Assembly: GCA_012838795.1 (NCBI GenBank)
Contig: DUOO01000056.1
Coordinates: 84,119-148,118 of the forward strand
Origin: Clostridiaceae bacterium
Lineage (GTDB): Bacteria; Bacillota; Clostridia; Saccharofermentanales; DTU023
Reading direction: 5' to 3'
DNA: 64,000 nucleotides
Positions within the stretch are counted from its first letter, which is position 1, and every line of letters starts with the position of its first letter. Below, piece by piece: positions 29,645 to 40,701 of the stretch. A program made the translations under genes and the position numbers. Below the pieces are notes generated by a model that worked only from the letters and a program-made list of their open reading frames with translations, had not been told where the DNA came from and did no database searches.

Positions 29645-31282
29645 TTATAGAAGAGTAGAGAATATACGCATAAAAGCTTCGATTGCTTTTTGTTTCAGAG
29701 GACGTTGTTGCCAAGTTTCCAAATCCATCAGTTCGCAATCCTTAAAAATATCGAGCAAGTCAACATAAATATCTCTCAGAACGGGATTACCGCAAATATA
29801 TACTGAATTTTCAAAATGCAAATGAAAACTGCGAAAATCAAAATTTACACAACCGGTAATTGCATGAAAATCATCGGCGATTACAGTTTTGCCATGGATG
29901 AAACCGGGAGAATATTGAAAAACTTTAACTCCTCCCTCCATTAACTTGGCATAATTTGATTGTGTAACAACGTAAGCGTACCATTTGTCCGGAATACCCG
30001 GTGTAATTATCCTGACATCAACACCTGATTTTGCCGCACGACAAAGATCGGAAATCATAGAATCGTCAACAATAAAATAAGGTGTACAAATATAAAGATA
30101 GTCTTTTGCATTATTGATCATTGAACGATAAATATCTTCTGCCGGATTGTTAAGATTATTTAACGGACTGTCCCAATAAGGGATAAAATAACCTTCGGCA
30201 TTTTGGTAATATTCTGCACGCGGCATATATTTTCCATAATCATTTTCCTGAATATTGCTTTCAAATTCCCACATTATGAGAAACATCGTAGTCAAACCTC
30301 TTACAGCATCACCTTCAAGACGAATTGCCGAGTCTTTCCAATGACCGAAACGAGGATACAAATTAGCATATTCATCAGCTAAATTGGTGCCACCTGTATA
30401 AGCGAGATTTCCGTCAATAATACAGCATTTTTGATGATTGCGATAATTAATATAGAGTTTGGAAATATAACGTACAACCGGATTAAAATTATATACTTTT
30501 ACTCCATTGGAGCGGAGTTTCTTGATAACATCATTCGGTGCTTTGATAATACTTCCGAAATCATCAAATAACAAACGGACATCGACCCCTTCATGTGCTT
30601 TTTGAATCAGAATATTTTCAACTTCCTGCCAGATTACACCATCCGCCAAGATAAAATATTCCATAAAGATAAAGTCTTTTGCTTTGCGCAAATCTTCGAA
30701 CATTTGAACAAATTTGTCTTCGCCTAAGGAAAAGTATTGACAAACGGTATTTTGATAAACAGGGAATCCCGAATTGTATAAAAATGTAGCAAACAACTTG
30801 CTTTCAGGATAATCGAGTATCAAATTATTCAATAATTGAGGATTAACTACAAGATGTTTATTGATTCGATTTTCTATTTCTGAAAATTTAATTTTTTCTT
30901 TTTTAAATCTGGAGCGCCTGCCCCATAACAAAAAAATGCTTAATCCTGCAACGGGAACTGCCAGGATCAAAATTGCCCAAGCAAGAACATATGAAGAGTT
31001 GCGATCTTGATGAATTACAAAAAGTACAAAAATCAAACTGATAACCTGAAGTCCCAAATAAATCCAAAAAGCAGATTTACTCAGGTATACGGCAATTAAT
31101 ACGTTTATTATAATAATTGCAATAAGCAAGAAAAGAACAAATCCAAGTCTGATCATTCCGGGAATTTTAATTTTATACGCTCTATTATCAACTCTTGATT
31201 TTAACGATTTTAAGAAAGTGTTTTTACTTTTGTTGCTTTTTTTCTTCTTTTTTTTCTTTTTCTGATTAATGTTATCTTCCAT
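29645..31282 (-). CDS. cls: Cardiolipin synthase (PLD superfamily, two HKD motifs)
   Basis: 545 aa. HQKCCIIDG and HGKTVIADD. Two N-terminal TM helices. The lysine-rich N-terminus makes the start uncertain. Confidence 0.9.
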   Translation of the reverse strand: MEDNINQKKKKKKKKSNKSKNTFLKSLKSRVDNRAYKIKIPGMIRLGFVLFLLIAIIIINVLIAVYLSKSAFWIYLGLQVISLIFVLFVIHQDRNSSYVLAWAILILAVPVAGLSIFLLWGRRSRFKKEKIKFSEIENRINKHLVVNPQLLNNLILDYPESKLFATFLYNSGFPVYQNTVCQYFSLGEDKFVQMFEDLRKAKDFIFMEYFILADGVIWQEVENILIQKAHEGVDVRLLFDDFGSIIKAPNDVIKKLRSNGVKVYNFNPVVRYISKLYINYRNHQKCCIIDGNLAYTGGTNLADEYANLYPRFGHWKDSAIRLEGDAVRGLTTMFLIMWEFESNIQENDYGKYMPRAEYYQNAEGYFIPYWDSPLNNLNNPAEDIYRSMINNAKDYLYICTPYFIVDDSMISDLCRAAKSGVDVRIITPGIPDKWYAYVVTQSNYAKLMEGGVKVFQYSPGFIHGKTVIADDFHAITGCVNFDFRSFHLHFENSVYICGNPVLRDIYVDLLDIFKDCELMDLETWQQRPLKQKAIEAFMRIFSTLL

Positions 31283-31418
31283 TCAATATACTTTCTGATT
31301 TTCAGAATTTTATACAGCTTCCGGAGCTGTTTTATTTATTAAATCGGCTATATTTTAGCATATGTTTTAATATAATCGAATCTGATTATATAATATTATA
31401 GGTTTAGGAGGTATATTT

Positions 31419-31796
31419 ATGGATTTAGATTTAAGAATGGCACACATGAACATTAACACAATGGATTTGGAAAAAGCAGATAAATTTTATCGAGAGAATC
31501 TCGGATTAAAAGAAGTTCGGAGAAAAGAAGCAAAAGACGGAAGTTATATCATCGTATATTACTGCGATGCGAATGATTTTTTTGAGTTGGAAATAACTTG
31601 GTTGCGTGATCGTAAAGAACCATATGATTTAGACGATAATGAAATTCATCTCTGTTTTAGAACTGCAGACTATGATAATACGTTAGCTTTTCACCGAGAA
31701 CAAGGTGTAGTTGTTTTTGAAAATGAAGGCATGGGCGTATATTTCATTGAAGATCCTGACGGATACTGGATCGAAATTGCACCGTACCGGGATTAA
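31419..31796 (+). CDS. VOC/glyoxalase-family protein (lactoylglutathione-lyase-like)
   Basis: 125 aa. HMNINTMDLEKADKFY..., C-terminal FIEDPDGYWIEI. SD AGGAGG. Confidence 0.8.
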   Translation: MDLDLRMAHMNINTMDLEKADKFYRENLGLKEVRRKEAKDGSYIIVYYCDANDFFELEITWLRDRKEPYDLDDNEIHLCFRTADYDNTLAFHREQGVVVFENEGMGVYFIEDPDGYWIEIAPYRD

Positions 31797-31803
31797 TAAG
31801 AAA

Positions 31804-32655
31804 TTATTTTTGGCAGTGGGGGCAAAAATGGGTACTGCGGCCGGCAACTTTGATTTTTTCGATTGTAGTACCACAAGCAAGACAAGGATCACCATCTTTT
31901 TGATAAACGGCAAGATGTAATTGGAAAAAACCTTTATTGCCCAATCCGTCAACATAATCACGAAAAGAAGTTCCGCGATGTCCGATTGCTTCAGTAAGTA
32001 CTTCGCGGACTTTTTGATGCAATAATGTAATTTTAGCATGAGATAATTCTCCGGCTTTACGTTCGGGAAAAATTCCTGCACGAAATAAACTCTCATCGGC
32101 ATAAATATTGCCGATTCCGGCAATTGCTTTCTGATTCAATAAAACACCTTTAATCGAACTTTTTCCATATCTTTTACAAGTATTGATCAAGTAATCGATG
32201 GTGAAATCGTCTCCTAAAGGCTCAGGTCCGAGTGTTGCAAAACCGCAGTCGTTAAATTCTTGGCCCGGAGGAAATAAGGTAACTCTGCCGAAGCGTCTTG
32301 TATCATTGAAATCAAGACTTCCGCCATTACTCAAAACAAAACGCACATGAGTATGTTTTGCCGGCTCAACTATTTTTTCTTCCAGTAAAAGTTTTCCGGT
32401 CATTCTCAGATGGACCATCATGACACAATAATCTCGGGCGGCAGGCTTCGGGTTACATATTATGTCTTTTTGCAAATCGAATAACAGGTATTTTCCACGT
32501 CGACGTATGTCCTTGATTAACCAATTATCTAAAGAGATACCATCGGGATTAACTAAAACATCAGGATGATAACAAATAATTTCTTCAATGACTTGATTTT
32601 GAATTTTTTCGATAAGAGTTCTGCGTATTGTTTCTACTTCGGGCAATTCGGGCAT
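31804..32655 (-). CDS. mutM: Formamidopyrimidine-DNA glycosylase
   Basis: 283 aa. N-terminal MPELPEVE. C-terminal zinc finger CLACG...CPHCQ. Confidence 0.92.
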   Translation of the reverse strand: MPELPEVETIRRTLIEKIQNQVIEEIICYHPDVLVNPDGISLDNWLIKDIRRRGKYLLFDLQKDIICNPKPAARDYCVMMVHLRMTGKLLLEEKIVEPAKHTHVRFVLSNGGSLDFNDTRRFGRVTLFPPGQEFNDCGFATLGPEPLGDDFTIDYLINTCKRYGKSSIKGVLLNQKAIAGIGNIYADESLFRAGIFPERKAGELSHAKITLLHQKVREVLTEAIGHRGTSFRDYVDGLGNKGFFQLHLAVYQKDGDPCLACGTTIEKIKVAGRSTHFCPHCQK

Positions 32656-32656
32656 T

Positions 32657-34756
32657 TTAATTCTGTCTTTCTAAATCTTCAATCCACAATTTGACAACTG
32701 CATCACTGGGCATAACAAAGCCCTGTCGGGGAGATAATGCTATTTGGCTGATAATCGGTCCGTCCGGTGAAGCAGAACGTTTGAACTGATTCGCAAAGAA
32801 ACGTTTATAAAAGAGCTTCAGCCATTTAATGATAGTTGCCCGGTCATACTTGTTGCCAAAAGTTTGCCCGGCGATAAAAAGAATTTTGCGTGGAGCAAAT
32901 TGATAACGAATAAAATAATACAGGAATAAATCATGCAATTCATATGGTCCGATAAGATGCTCGGTTTGTTGAGCGATCTTGCCTTGCTCCGGAGGCAAAA
33001 GCTCGGGGCTGACCGGAGTTGCCAAAATATCGAATAAAATTTTGGCAAGATTTTCGCTTTGTTGTTCTTGCTTCGAACGAAAATTCTCTGCCATATAATT
33101 TTTCGCTTCATATTCTATTAAATGACGTACTAAAGTTTTTGGGATACCGGCATTGATATGGTACATGGACATGTGGTCACCGGAATAGGTGACAAAACCT
33201 AGAGCTGATTCTGACAGATCTCCGGTTCCCAGTACGATTCCGCCTCTTTGGTTCGCTAAATCCATCAAAATTTGAGTTCTCTCACGAGCTTGAGCATTTT
33301 CATAAGTAACATCATGCAAATTCGGGTCATGATTGATATCTTTGAAATGTTGTTCTGCTGCAGCGGTGATCGAAATCTCCAGATAGCTTGTATTACAGGC
33401 ATCTGCTAAATTTTTTGCGTTGTTATATGTTCTGCCGGTTGTTCCGAATCCGGGCATACTTACACAGAGAATGTTCTGATTGCTTTTTTTGAGAAATTTT
33501 TGAGTACGGACTGCAATTAACAATGCAAGCGTACTGTCCAGTCCGCCGGACAATCCCAGGATAACCTGCGGATTGTTAATATGTTCAAGTCTTTTACGCA
33601 AGCCTTGTGCAGCCATATTCAATACCGAATCAAAATACGCCTTATGCAGTTTACTGTCTTCAGGCAAAAATGGATTCTCGGAAAATTTGCGGTAGAGATC
33701 GGCATTCCTATCAGGCTCAGAAGTTAATCCGTAATGCATAGTATTTTTGTTTGGTTTGAAACTTTTATTTGCTGCCGGAGATAATCCGGTTGGCTTAGTA
33801 ATATAATCCAAATCCAAACAAATAATCGGATCGTGATTGAAGCGGGCTGAGGATTTTACGTGATTGGAGTTGATCGGATGATTTTTACTGTAAGTTACAT
33901 TTCGGTCTGTTGAATAATTTGAATTTGTTATGATTTGCAAGTCAAGATCACCGATCATTAAATCCGATTCATAAAGCTTCGTTGCTGCAAGCAGACAATC
34001 TTGTTCAAAAATATAACCTCGTCCGGCATAAATATGATCCGTTGTGGATTCACCATAGCCGGGACTTAAATAAACCAATCCGGATTGCGATAATTGAGCA
34101 AAAGCACGGAGATATTTTTCGGTACCGGTTTGATTTTCTATTAACTCAGGAGAAGACGACATAACAACATTAATATTTGGTATAAAAGCTTTATTTGAAT
34201 GGTTTTTATATAAATCTTCAATGCTTTGGTAAATCCCCAAACTGAAATTTATACCGGAAATTTTGCTTTTTAAGAAAAACACACTCTCAGATTTCATCAT
34301 AAGATATTCACCGGTTGGTTCAGTAATTAATTCGTCTCCGGAAGCAAAATATTTACTTAAAGCAGAGGATTTACCTGCAGGCACCATAATCTTAATTGCC
34401 GTATTCCGATTTAAAAAATATAAGACTTTAACTAATTTGCCGTTCAGCTTTTCCGGAATCGTCATAAGAATATTCAAATTAGATTGATTAGATTGTGCCA
34501 ACACCTCTTTAATTTTTCCCAAGGCAGATTTGGCTTTTTCAAGCAGAATGCCTTGTTTGAACAAATCTTGGCAGGTGACTCCGGTTAGAGAAAAATCCGG
34601 AAAAACCAAAAGATCAATTTGCTCCTGTTCAGCCAATCTTATCAATTGGAGGTGTTCAGTCAGATTAAAATCAACATCGGCAACCTTTATTTCCGGAGTA
34701 GCGCCTGCTACTCGAAAATAGCCTAATTTTTTAGAATTGATAATAGTATTATTCAT
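32657..34756 (-). CDS. nadE: Glutamine-dependent NAD+ synthetase (CN-hydrolase plus NAD-synthase domains)
   Basis: SGGLDS PP-loop motif, N-terminal nitrilase-like domain. I place the start at ATG 34756 (MNNTIINSKKLGYFRV...), 6 nt after GGGAG. The track's extra 60 aa are AT-rich read-through. Confidence 0.85.
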   Translation of the reverse strand: MNNTIINSKKLGYFRVAGATPEIKVADVDFNLTEHLQLIRLAEQEQIDLLVFPDFSLTGVTCQDLFKQGILLEKAKSALGKIKEVLAQSNQSNLNILMTIPEKLNGKLVKVLYFLNRNTAIKIMVPAGKSSALSKYFASGDELITEPTGEYLMMKSESVFFLKSKISGINFSLGIYQSIEDLYKNHSNKAFIPNINVVMSSSPELIENQTGTEKYLRAFAQLSQSGLVYLSPGYGESTTDHIYAGRGYIFEQDCLLAATKLYESDLMIGDLDLQIITNSNYSTDRNVTYSKNHPINSNHVKSSARFNHDPIICLDLDYITKPTGLSPAANKSFKPNKNTMHYGLTSEPDRNADLYRKFSENPFLPEDSKLHKAYFDSVLNMAAQGLRKRLEHINNPQVILGLSGGLDSTLALLIAVRTQKFLKKSNQNILCVSMPGFGTTGRTYNNAKNLADACNTSYLEISITAAAEQHFKDINHDPNLHDVTYENAQARERTQILMDLANQRGGIVLGTGDLSESALGFVTYSGDHMSMYHINAGIPKTLVRHLIEYEAKNYMAENFRSKQEQQSENLAKILFDILATPVSPELLPPEQGKIAQQTEHLIGPYELHDLFLYYFIRYQFAPRKILFIAGQTFGNKYDRATIIKWLKLFYKRFFANQFKRSASPDGPIISQIALSPRQGFVMPSDAVVKLWIEDLERQN

Positions 34757-35017
34757 GGCATACTCCCGCTTACAGTCATATAAATAGATTATAACGCATA
34801 ATGGGTTTTTGTTGTAAAACAACTCAAATAATGAATGATTGAGTGATCGATACATATAAATTATTTTGTTAAATGTTTTTAATATTGAATTGTTTGTTAT
34901 AATAAATATATATAAAACCAATGAAATATCAAGCAAGCGGCATGATATAAACTCTGTAAAGATTTACATACAACAAGAACTTAACCTGTGAATAAAACCC
35001 GAAGAGAGTGAAATAGA

Positions 35018-35455
35018 ATGAATTCAAGTAGAGAAGATTACATTATTGCAATCTATCGGTTAACAAAAAAGGCTGATTTTGTGAATAGTGTGACTATAGC
35101 AAAAAAGCTTGGAGTTTCGCGTGCTTCAGTCAGTGAGATGGTTAAAAAACTGTGTGATGATAAATTGATTAATTTCGAGCAAAATAGAATCAGTCTTACA
35201 GAGGCCGGCATGACAAAGGCCCGCAACATTATTTCTTGCCATCGCTTGTGGGAATATTTTTTAACCGAAATATTAGGCATGTCTTCCGATGAAGCACATG
35301 AACAAGCGGATCTGTTGGAACATGTCACCGGTGAAAATCTTAAAGATGCTCTTAACGAATATCTGAATTATCCTGAACAAAGCCCGCGCGGCAATGTTAT
35401 TTGGGATAATGTTGAAAATATGGAAGACGAAGATATTTCTGAAAACAACCCTTGA
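35018..35455 (+). CDS. DtxR/MntR-family metal-dependent transcriptional regulator
   Basis: 145 aa. SREDYIIAIYRL..., winged HTH, HRLWEYFL dimerisation helix. Confidence 0.85.
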   Translation: MNSSREDYIIAIYRLTKKADFVNSVTIAKKLGVSRASVSEMVKKLCDDKLINFEQNRISLTEAGMTKARNIISCHRLWEYFLTEILGMSSDEAHEQADLLEHVTGENLKDALNEYLNYPEQSPRGNVIWDNVENMEDEDISENNP

Positions 35456-35567
35456 TTAATTAATAATGATAAATTTATATAAACAAATCTTATATGCGAG
35501 AGCAAAAAGACCGGGTATAATACTTTAGTGAACAAAACAAATAATAGTTTTACGATGAGGTTTTACG

Positions 35568-36125
35568 ATGAAAGAATTACCGAAATATTATACGATTGAT
35601 ATCCATGGGCTGAAAAGACAATTAAATATAGTAAAAGTCTCAGATGATTTGGCGATCGCTGCGCTAATTATTCTGGGAGATGTTGAAGCTGTAAGCCATT
35701 GCGCAAAATTGTTAGCCGAACGCATTCCGGAAGTAGACATTTTAATCACTGCGGAAGCCAAAGGAATACCGCTAGTTCATGAGCTGTCACGTATTTTAGA
35801 CATACCTCGTTATGTCGTTGCCCGCAAAAGCAAAAAAACATATATGGAAGATCCGTTATCGGTTGATGTTGAGTCGATAACTACAATAGGACACCAAAAA
35901 CTATATTTGCCGCGTGAAGATCTGTATTTAATTCAAGGCAAGAGAGTCGGCATTGTTGATGACGTAATTTCTACCGGTGAATCTCTTAAATCGCTCGAGG
36001 AATTGATTGAACAGGCAGGCGGCAATGTCGCAGTGAAAGCCTCAATTCTAGCCGAGGGTGATGCAATCGGCCGTACCGACATCATTTATCTCCAGGAATT
36101 ACCGTTGTTCCCGATTGAAAAATAG
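35568..36125 (+). CDS. Phosphoribosyltransferase-family protein (adenine/purine PRT-like)
   Basis: 185 aa. PRPP-binding motif VGIVDDVISTGESL. Confidence 0.7.
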   Translation: MKELPKYYTIDIHGLKRQLNIVKVSDDLAIAALIILGDVEAVSHCAKLLAERIPEVDILITAEAKGIPLVHELSRILDIPRYVVARKSKKTYMEDPLSVDVESITTIGHQKLYLPREDLYLIQGKRVGIVDDVISTGESLKSLEELIEQAGGNVAVKASILAEGDAIGRTDIIYLQELPLFPIEK

Positions 36126-36159
36126 TTGAATTGCCCTTTAACGTACGTTATAATGTACG
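36126..36159 (+). promoter_or_regulatory. yefM-yoeB promoter (TTGAAT-17-TATAAT) with two GTAC-core operator repeats
   Basis: TTGAAT 36126-36131 and TATAAT 36149-36154. CGTACG is centred at 36144/45 and TGTACG at 36156/57, giving 12 bp centre to centre. Confidence 0.6.
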
Positions 36160-36203
36160 CAAAGGATTTTTATTTTTAACCCTGCTATGGAGGAGGGATT
36201 ATT

Positions 36204-36452
36204 ATGCAATATTCAAATATTACTAATTTTCGCAAAAATATTTATAAGCTTCTGGAAGAAACACTTAAATATAATGAACCTCTTCAAATCAGTACGAAAG
36301 ACGGCAATGCGATTGTTTTGAGCGAAGATGATTATAACGGTCTGATAGAAACACTATATTTAACATCTGTACCCGGAATGAAAGAAATCATAAAAGACGG
36401 TCTGACGACCTCCATTTCAGATTGTGTATCGGAAGACGAGGTCGAGTGGTAG
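36204..36452 (+). CDS. yefM: Type II antitoxin, Phd/YefM family
   Basis: 82 aa. FRKNIYKLLEET...ISTKDGNAIVLSEDDYNGLIETLYL. SD GGAGGAGGG. Confidence 0.88.
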   Translation: MQYSNITNFRKNIYKLLEETLKYNEPLQISTKDGNAIVLSEDDYNGLIETLYLTSVPGMKEIIKDGLTTSISDCVSEDEVEW

Positions 36453-36716
36453 ATGTATAAGATAATCTATACCAAAAGATCGATCAAAGATATTCCTAAA
36501 TTAAAGAGAGCAAAACTTGATACAAAAGCAAAAAATCTAATTTCTATTATTAAAAACAATCCTTATCAAAAACCTCCGTCGTATGAAAAATTAAAAGGTG
36601 ACTTACAAGGAGCTTATTCAAGACGAACCAACCACCAACATAGGCTTGTATATCAAATTTTGGAAGAAGAAAAAATCATAAAAATAATTAGCTTATGGAC
36701 TCATTATGAAATTTGA
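36453..36716 (+). CDS. yoeB: Type II toxin, Txe/YoeB family mRNA interferase
   Basis: 87 aa. The ATG abuts the yefM stop. ...LKGDLQGAYSRRTNHQHRLVYQI...ISLWTHYE. Confidence 0.88.
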   Translation: MYKIIYTKRSIKDIPKLKRAKLDTKAKNLISIIKNNPYQKPPSYEKLKGDLQGAYSRRTNHQHRLVYQILEEEKIIKIISLWTHYEI

Positions 36717-36914
36717 TGTATAGAAATCCATCTTCATGTATGAAAACTCAAAAAATTTTGGGATGAAAGACAAAAATCCTTCTGAATAAAACTTGAAAAT
36801 CTTTCTGAATGACGCTATTAAGATGCTAGTATTTAAGAGACGATCTCTTATTGATAATATCAATTAAAGAGCAGATATATACAGACACCGGTATTCTGAT
36901 ATTGTGGAGATAAT

Positions 36915-37511
36915 ATGATAAAAAACATAATTTTTGACATGGGAAATGTGCTGATTTTATTCAGACCGGAAATATTTATAAACAGACTTAACGTCAGTCA
37001 ACAAGATGCAAAACTGTTAAATGATATTATTTTTGATTCGCAAGAATGGGCAAGTCTTGATAACGGAAGTGCAAATGAAGATGAAGTAATTGAAATTTTG
37101 AAAAAGAAACTTCCAAGAAGACTGCATGATGAAATGATTGCTCTGGTTACCGAATGGGATATTCCTCTGATAGAAATAGAAGGTATGAGCCAATTAATCA
37201 AAGAATTAAAAGCGGAAGGCTATAAAATATATTTACTTTCCAATGCAAGCACACGTCAACACGAATATTGGCCTAGGATTTCCGCATCTCAATATTTTGA
37301 CGGGACAGTGATTTCGGCTGATGTCAAAATGGTAAAGCCGAATCCTGAAATTTTTGAACATCTATGCGCAAAATTCTCATTGCTACCTGCTGAATGTTTT
37401 TTTATTGACGATCTTGAACAACACATAATTGCAGCAGAAAGTATCGGCATGCAAGGATATCAGTTTACCGGGAATGTTTATGATTTAAGAAAAGTAATTG
37501 ACAGATTATAG
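36915..37511 (+). CDS. HAD-superfamily hydrolase (subfamily IA)
   Basis: 198 aa. Motif I IIFDMGNVLI, motif IV FFIDD. Confidence 0.8.
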   Translation: MIKNIIFDMGNVLILFRPEIFINRLNVSQQDAKLLNDIIFDSQEWASLDNGSANEDEVIEILKKKLPRRLHDEMIALVTEWDIPLIEIEGMSQLIKELKAEGYKIYLLSNASTRQHEYWPRISASQYFDGTVISADVKMVKPNPEIFEHLCAKFSLLPAECFFIDDLEQHIIAAESIGMQGYQFTGNVYDLRKVIDRL

Positions 37512-37554
37512 ATTAACAGTTGTTTTTTCAGTGATCTTAAAATAGAATTCCATT

Positions 37555-37587
37555 AAAAAACCAACCCTCAGCAGAGGGTCGGTTTTC
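37555..37587. terminator. Bidirectional terminator shared by the HAD gene and eno
   Basis: AAAAAA-CCAACCCTC-agca-GAGGGTCGG-TTTT (8 of 9 positions pair). Confidence 0.7.
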
Positions 37588-37622
37588 GATAATAAAGGAT
37601 CTTTTTATGGTTTCTTTTTCAA

Positions 37623-38957
<1,335 letters not shown>

Positions 38958-39203
38958 TTAATACTTATATATAATGAATACAGTTTAATCTGCATGTACA
39001 TATATTATTGATTATACATGAATGGGTACAATAATATAAGTCTTCGCAATATTTATGTTTATGTGAAAAAAATATTGACTAAATTATGTTTCAAAGATTA
39101 GACTAATATGCATAATAAAAACGTATGAGTGTTATGGATCGGATTATTATTTGTAATGATCCGTCACATATTTTTATCATTAAATATTTATATGGGGGTT
39201 AGT

Positions 39204-40463
39204 ATGAGCGAAACAAAATTATCTCAATATCAGGAAACATTACAATCCATAAAAGAGATTGCTGAAGAGTTAGGTTATGAAGAAGCCGACTATATAACAT
39301 TATTAAGTCCGGAAAGAGAAGTTACCGTATCTTTACCGGTGACTATGGATGATGGTAAGGTTCGCGTTTTTCAAGGCTATAGGATTCAAGATAATAGTGC
39401 ACGCGGACCATATAAAGGCGGTATACGCTATCATCCGGAAGTTAAAATTGAAGAAGTTCGTGATTTAGCTTTGTTAATGAGCTTGAAATGTTCTGTTGCC
39501 GACATTCCTTATGGCGGAGCCAAAGGCGGTATCACGGTAGATCCGCGTGAGTTATCCGAAACGGAATTAGAGCGTTTGACTCGAAAATATGCAGAAAAAA
39601 TTTATCCGGTCATCGGAGCAGAAATTGATATACCTGCTCCTGACGTGAATACCAATGCTAAAATCATGGGCTGGTTCAGAGATGAATATAGTAAAATAGC
39701 CGGAGTTCAAGTTCCGGGAATCGTTACCGGGAAGCCGATTGAAGTAGGCGGATCATTGGGCAGAAATGAAGCAACGGGTCTTGGTGTTTCTACAATAACT
39801 CATGTTTTTGCTCAAAATCAAAAATTTGTACCCGAAGAGACAAGGGTTGTTGTTCAGGGTACAGGCAATGTGGGCTTGATCACTGCTCAATTCCTGGCAA
39901 AAGAAGGATATAAAATTGTTGCTTTGTCCAATGTGGCGGGTGCTGTCTACAATGCAAACGGTTTTGATGTTTCAGTTCTCAATTTAACGAATGGCGATCA
40001 AAAAAATTATGACTTATTAACAGCACAAGAAGGCTCGGAAGAAATTCCGATGAATGAATTTTTATCAGTGGAATGTGATATTTTGATTCCTGCTGCCATG
40101 CAAAATCAAATCCGTGCCGATAATGCAGATCAAATAAAAGCTAAAATTGTGATTGAAGCCGCCAATGCTCCTGTTTCAGCTGAAGGAGAGGTTATACTGA
40201 TCAAAAGAGACATTAAAGTTCTGCCCGATATTCTATGTAATGCGGGCGGTGTTATTTGCTCATATTTTGAATGGGTACAAAATATGCAACATTTCAGCTG
40301 GACCCTTGAAGAAGTCAATACAAGATTGATTGCAAAAATGAAATCGGCTTTTGACGCGGTACTTGCAATGCAAGCTGAGAAAAACTGCACTTATCGTCAA
40401 GCAGCAATGTTGATTGCAGTTGACCGGATTATCAAAGCAACCAAGTCAAAAGGCAAGTATTAA
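39204..40463 (+). CDS. gdh: Glutamate dehydrogenase (Glu/Leu/Phe/Val dehydrogenase family)
   Basis: GGAKGG catalytic-Lys motif (PYGGAKGGI), Rossmann GTGNVG. I place the start at ATG 39204 (MSETKL...) after GGGGGT. The track's 25 extra residues look spurious. Confidence 0.9.
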   Translation: MSETKLSQYQETLQSIKEIAEELGYEEADYITLLSPEREVTVSLPVTMDDGKVRVFQGYRIQDNSARGPYKGGIRYHPEVKIEEVRDLALLMSLKCSVADIPYGGAKGGITVDPRELSETELERLTRKYAEKIYPVIGAEIDIPAPDVNTNAKIMGWFRDEYSKIAGVQVPGIVTGKPIEVGGSLGRNEATGLGVSTITHVFAQNQKFVPEETRVVVQGTGNVGLITAQFLAKEGYKIVALSNVAGAVYNANGFDVSVLNLTNGDQKNYDLLTAQEGSEEIPMNEFLSVECDILIPAAMQNQIRADNADQIKAKIVIEAANAPVSAEGEVILIKRDIKVLPDILCNAGGVICSYFEWVQNMQHFSWTLEEVNTRLIAKMKSAFDAVLAMQAEKNCTYRQAAMLIAVDRIIKATKSKGKY

Positions 40464-40464
40464 G

Positions 40465-40701
40465 CCTGTTTCTGCTCAGAATTCGACGCTGTGCAAATTT
40501 TCGTTTGCAGGCCTCCGAATTTTGAGCAATTTTCATATTATTACGCCCGTTTTTGCTCAGAATTCAACGCTGAGCGAATTTATTTCTGCATGTCTCCGAA
40601 AAGTGAGCAGTTTTCATGGCAGGAATCCCTGTTTCTGCTCAGAATTTTGAGCTGTGTAGATTTTTGCTTGCACAGCGATGAAAAGTGAGCAGTTTTCATG
40701 G
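40465..40701 (+). repeat. Tandem array of 3 copies of a ~82-bp structured unit, related to the 92-bp family
   Basis: The TGCTCAG anchor occurs at 40473, 40554 and 40636. Shared tail CCGAWWWWGTGAGCAGTTTTCAT. Inner hairpin TGCAAA...TTTGCA. Confidence 0.9.

Noticed and set aside
31683-32123. 146-aa minus-strand ORF and 69-aa plus-strand ORF overlapping the VOC gene and mutM.
   Set aside because: They are alternative frames of two genes with clear family signatures, and have no independent support.
34757-34936. N-terminal 60 residues of the track's 759-aa nadE ORF.
   Set aside because: It is an AT-rich, I/L/Y/N-rich read-through of the promoter region. ATG 34756 has a GGGAG SD and starts the CN-hydrolase domain.
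39129-39203. N-terminal 25 residues of the track's gdh ORF.
   Set aside because: It is a hydrophobic extension absent from Glu dehydrogenases. ATG 39204 follows a GGGGGT SD.
40414-40688. 78-aa and 65-aa plus-strand ORFs overlapping the gdh end and the second repeat array.
   Set aside because: They run through the tandem repeats and overlap gdh out of frame. They have no SD and repeat-derived composition.
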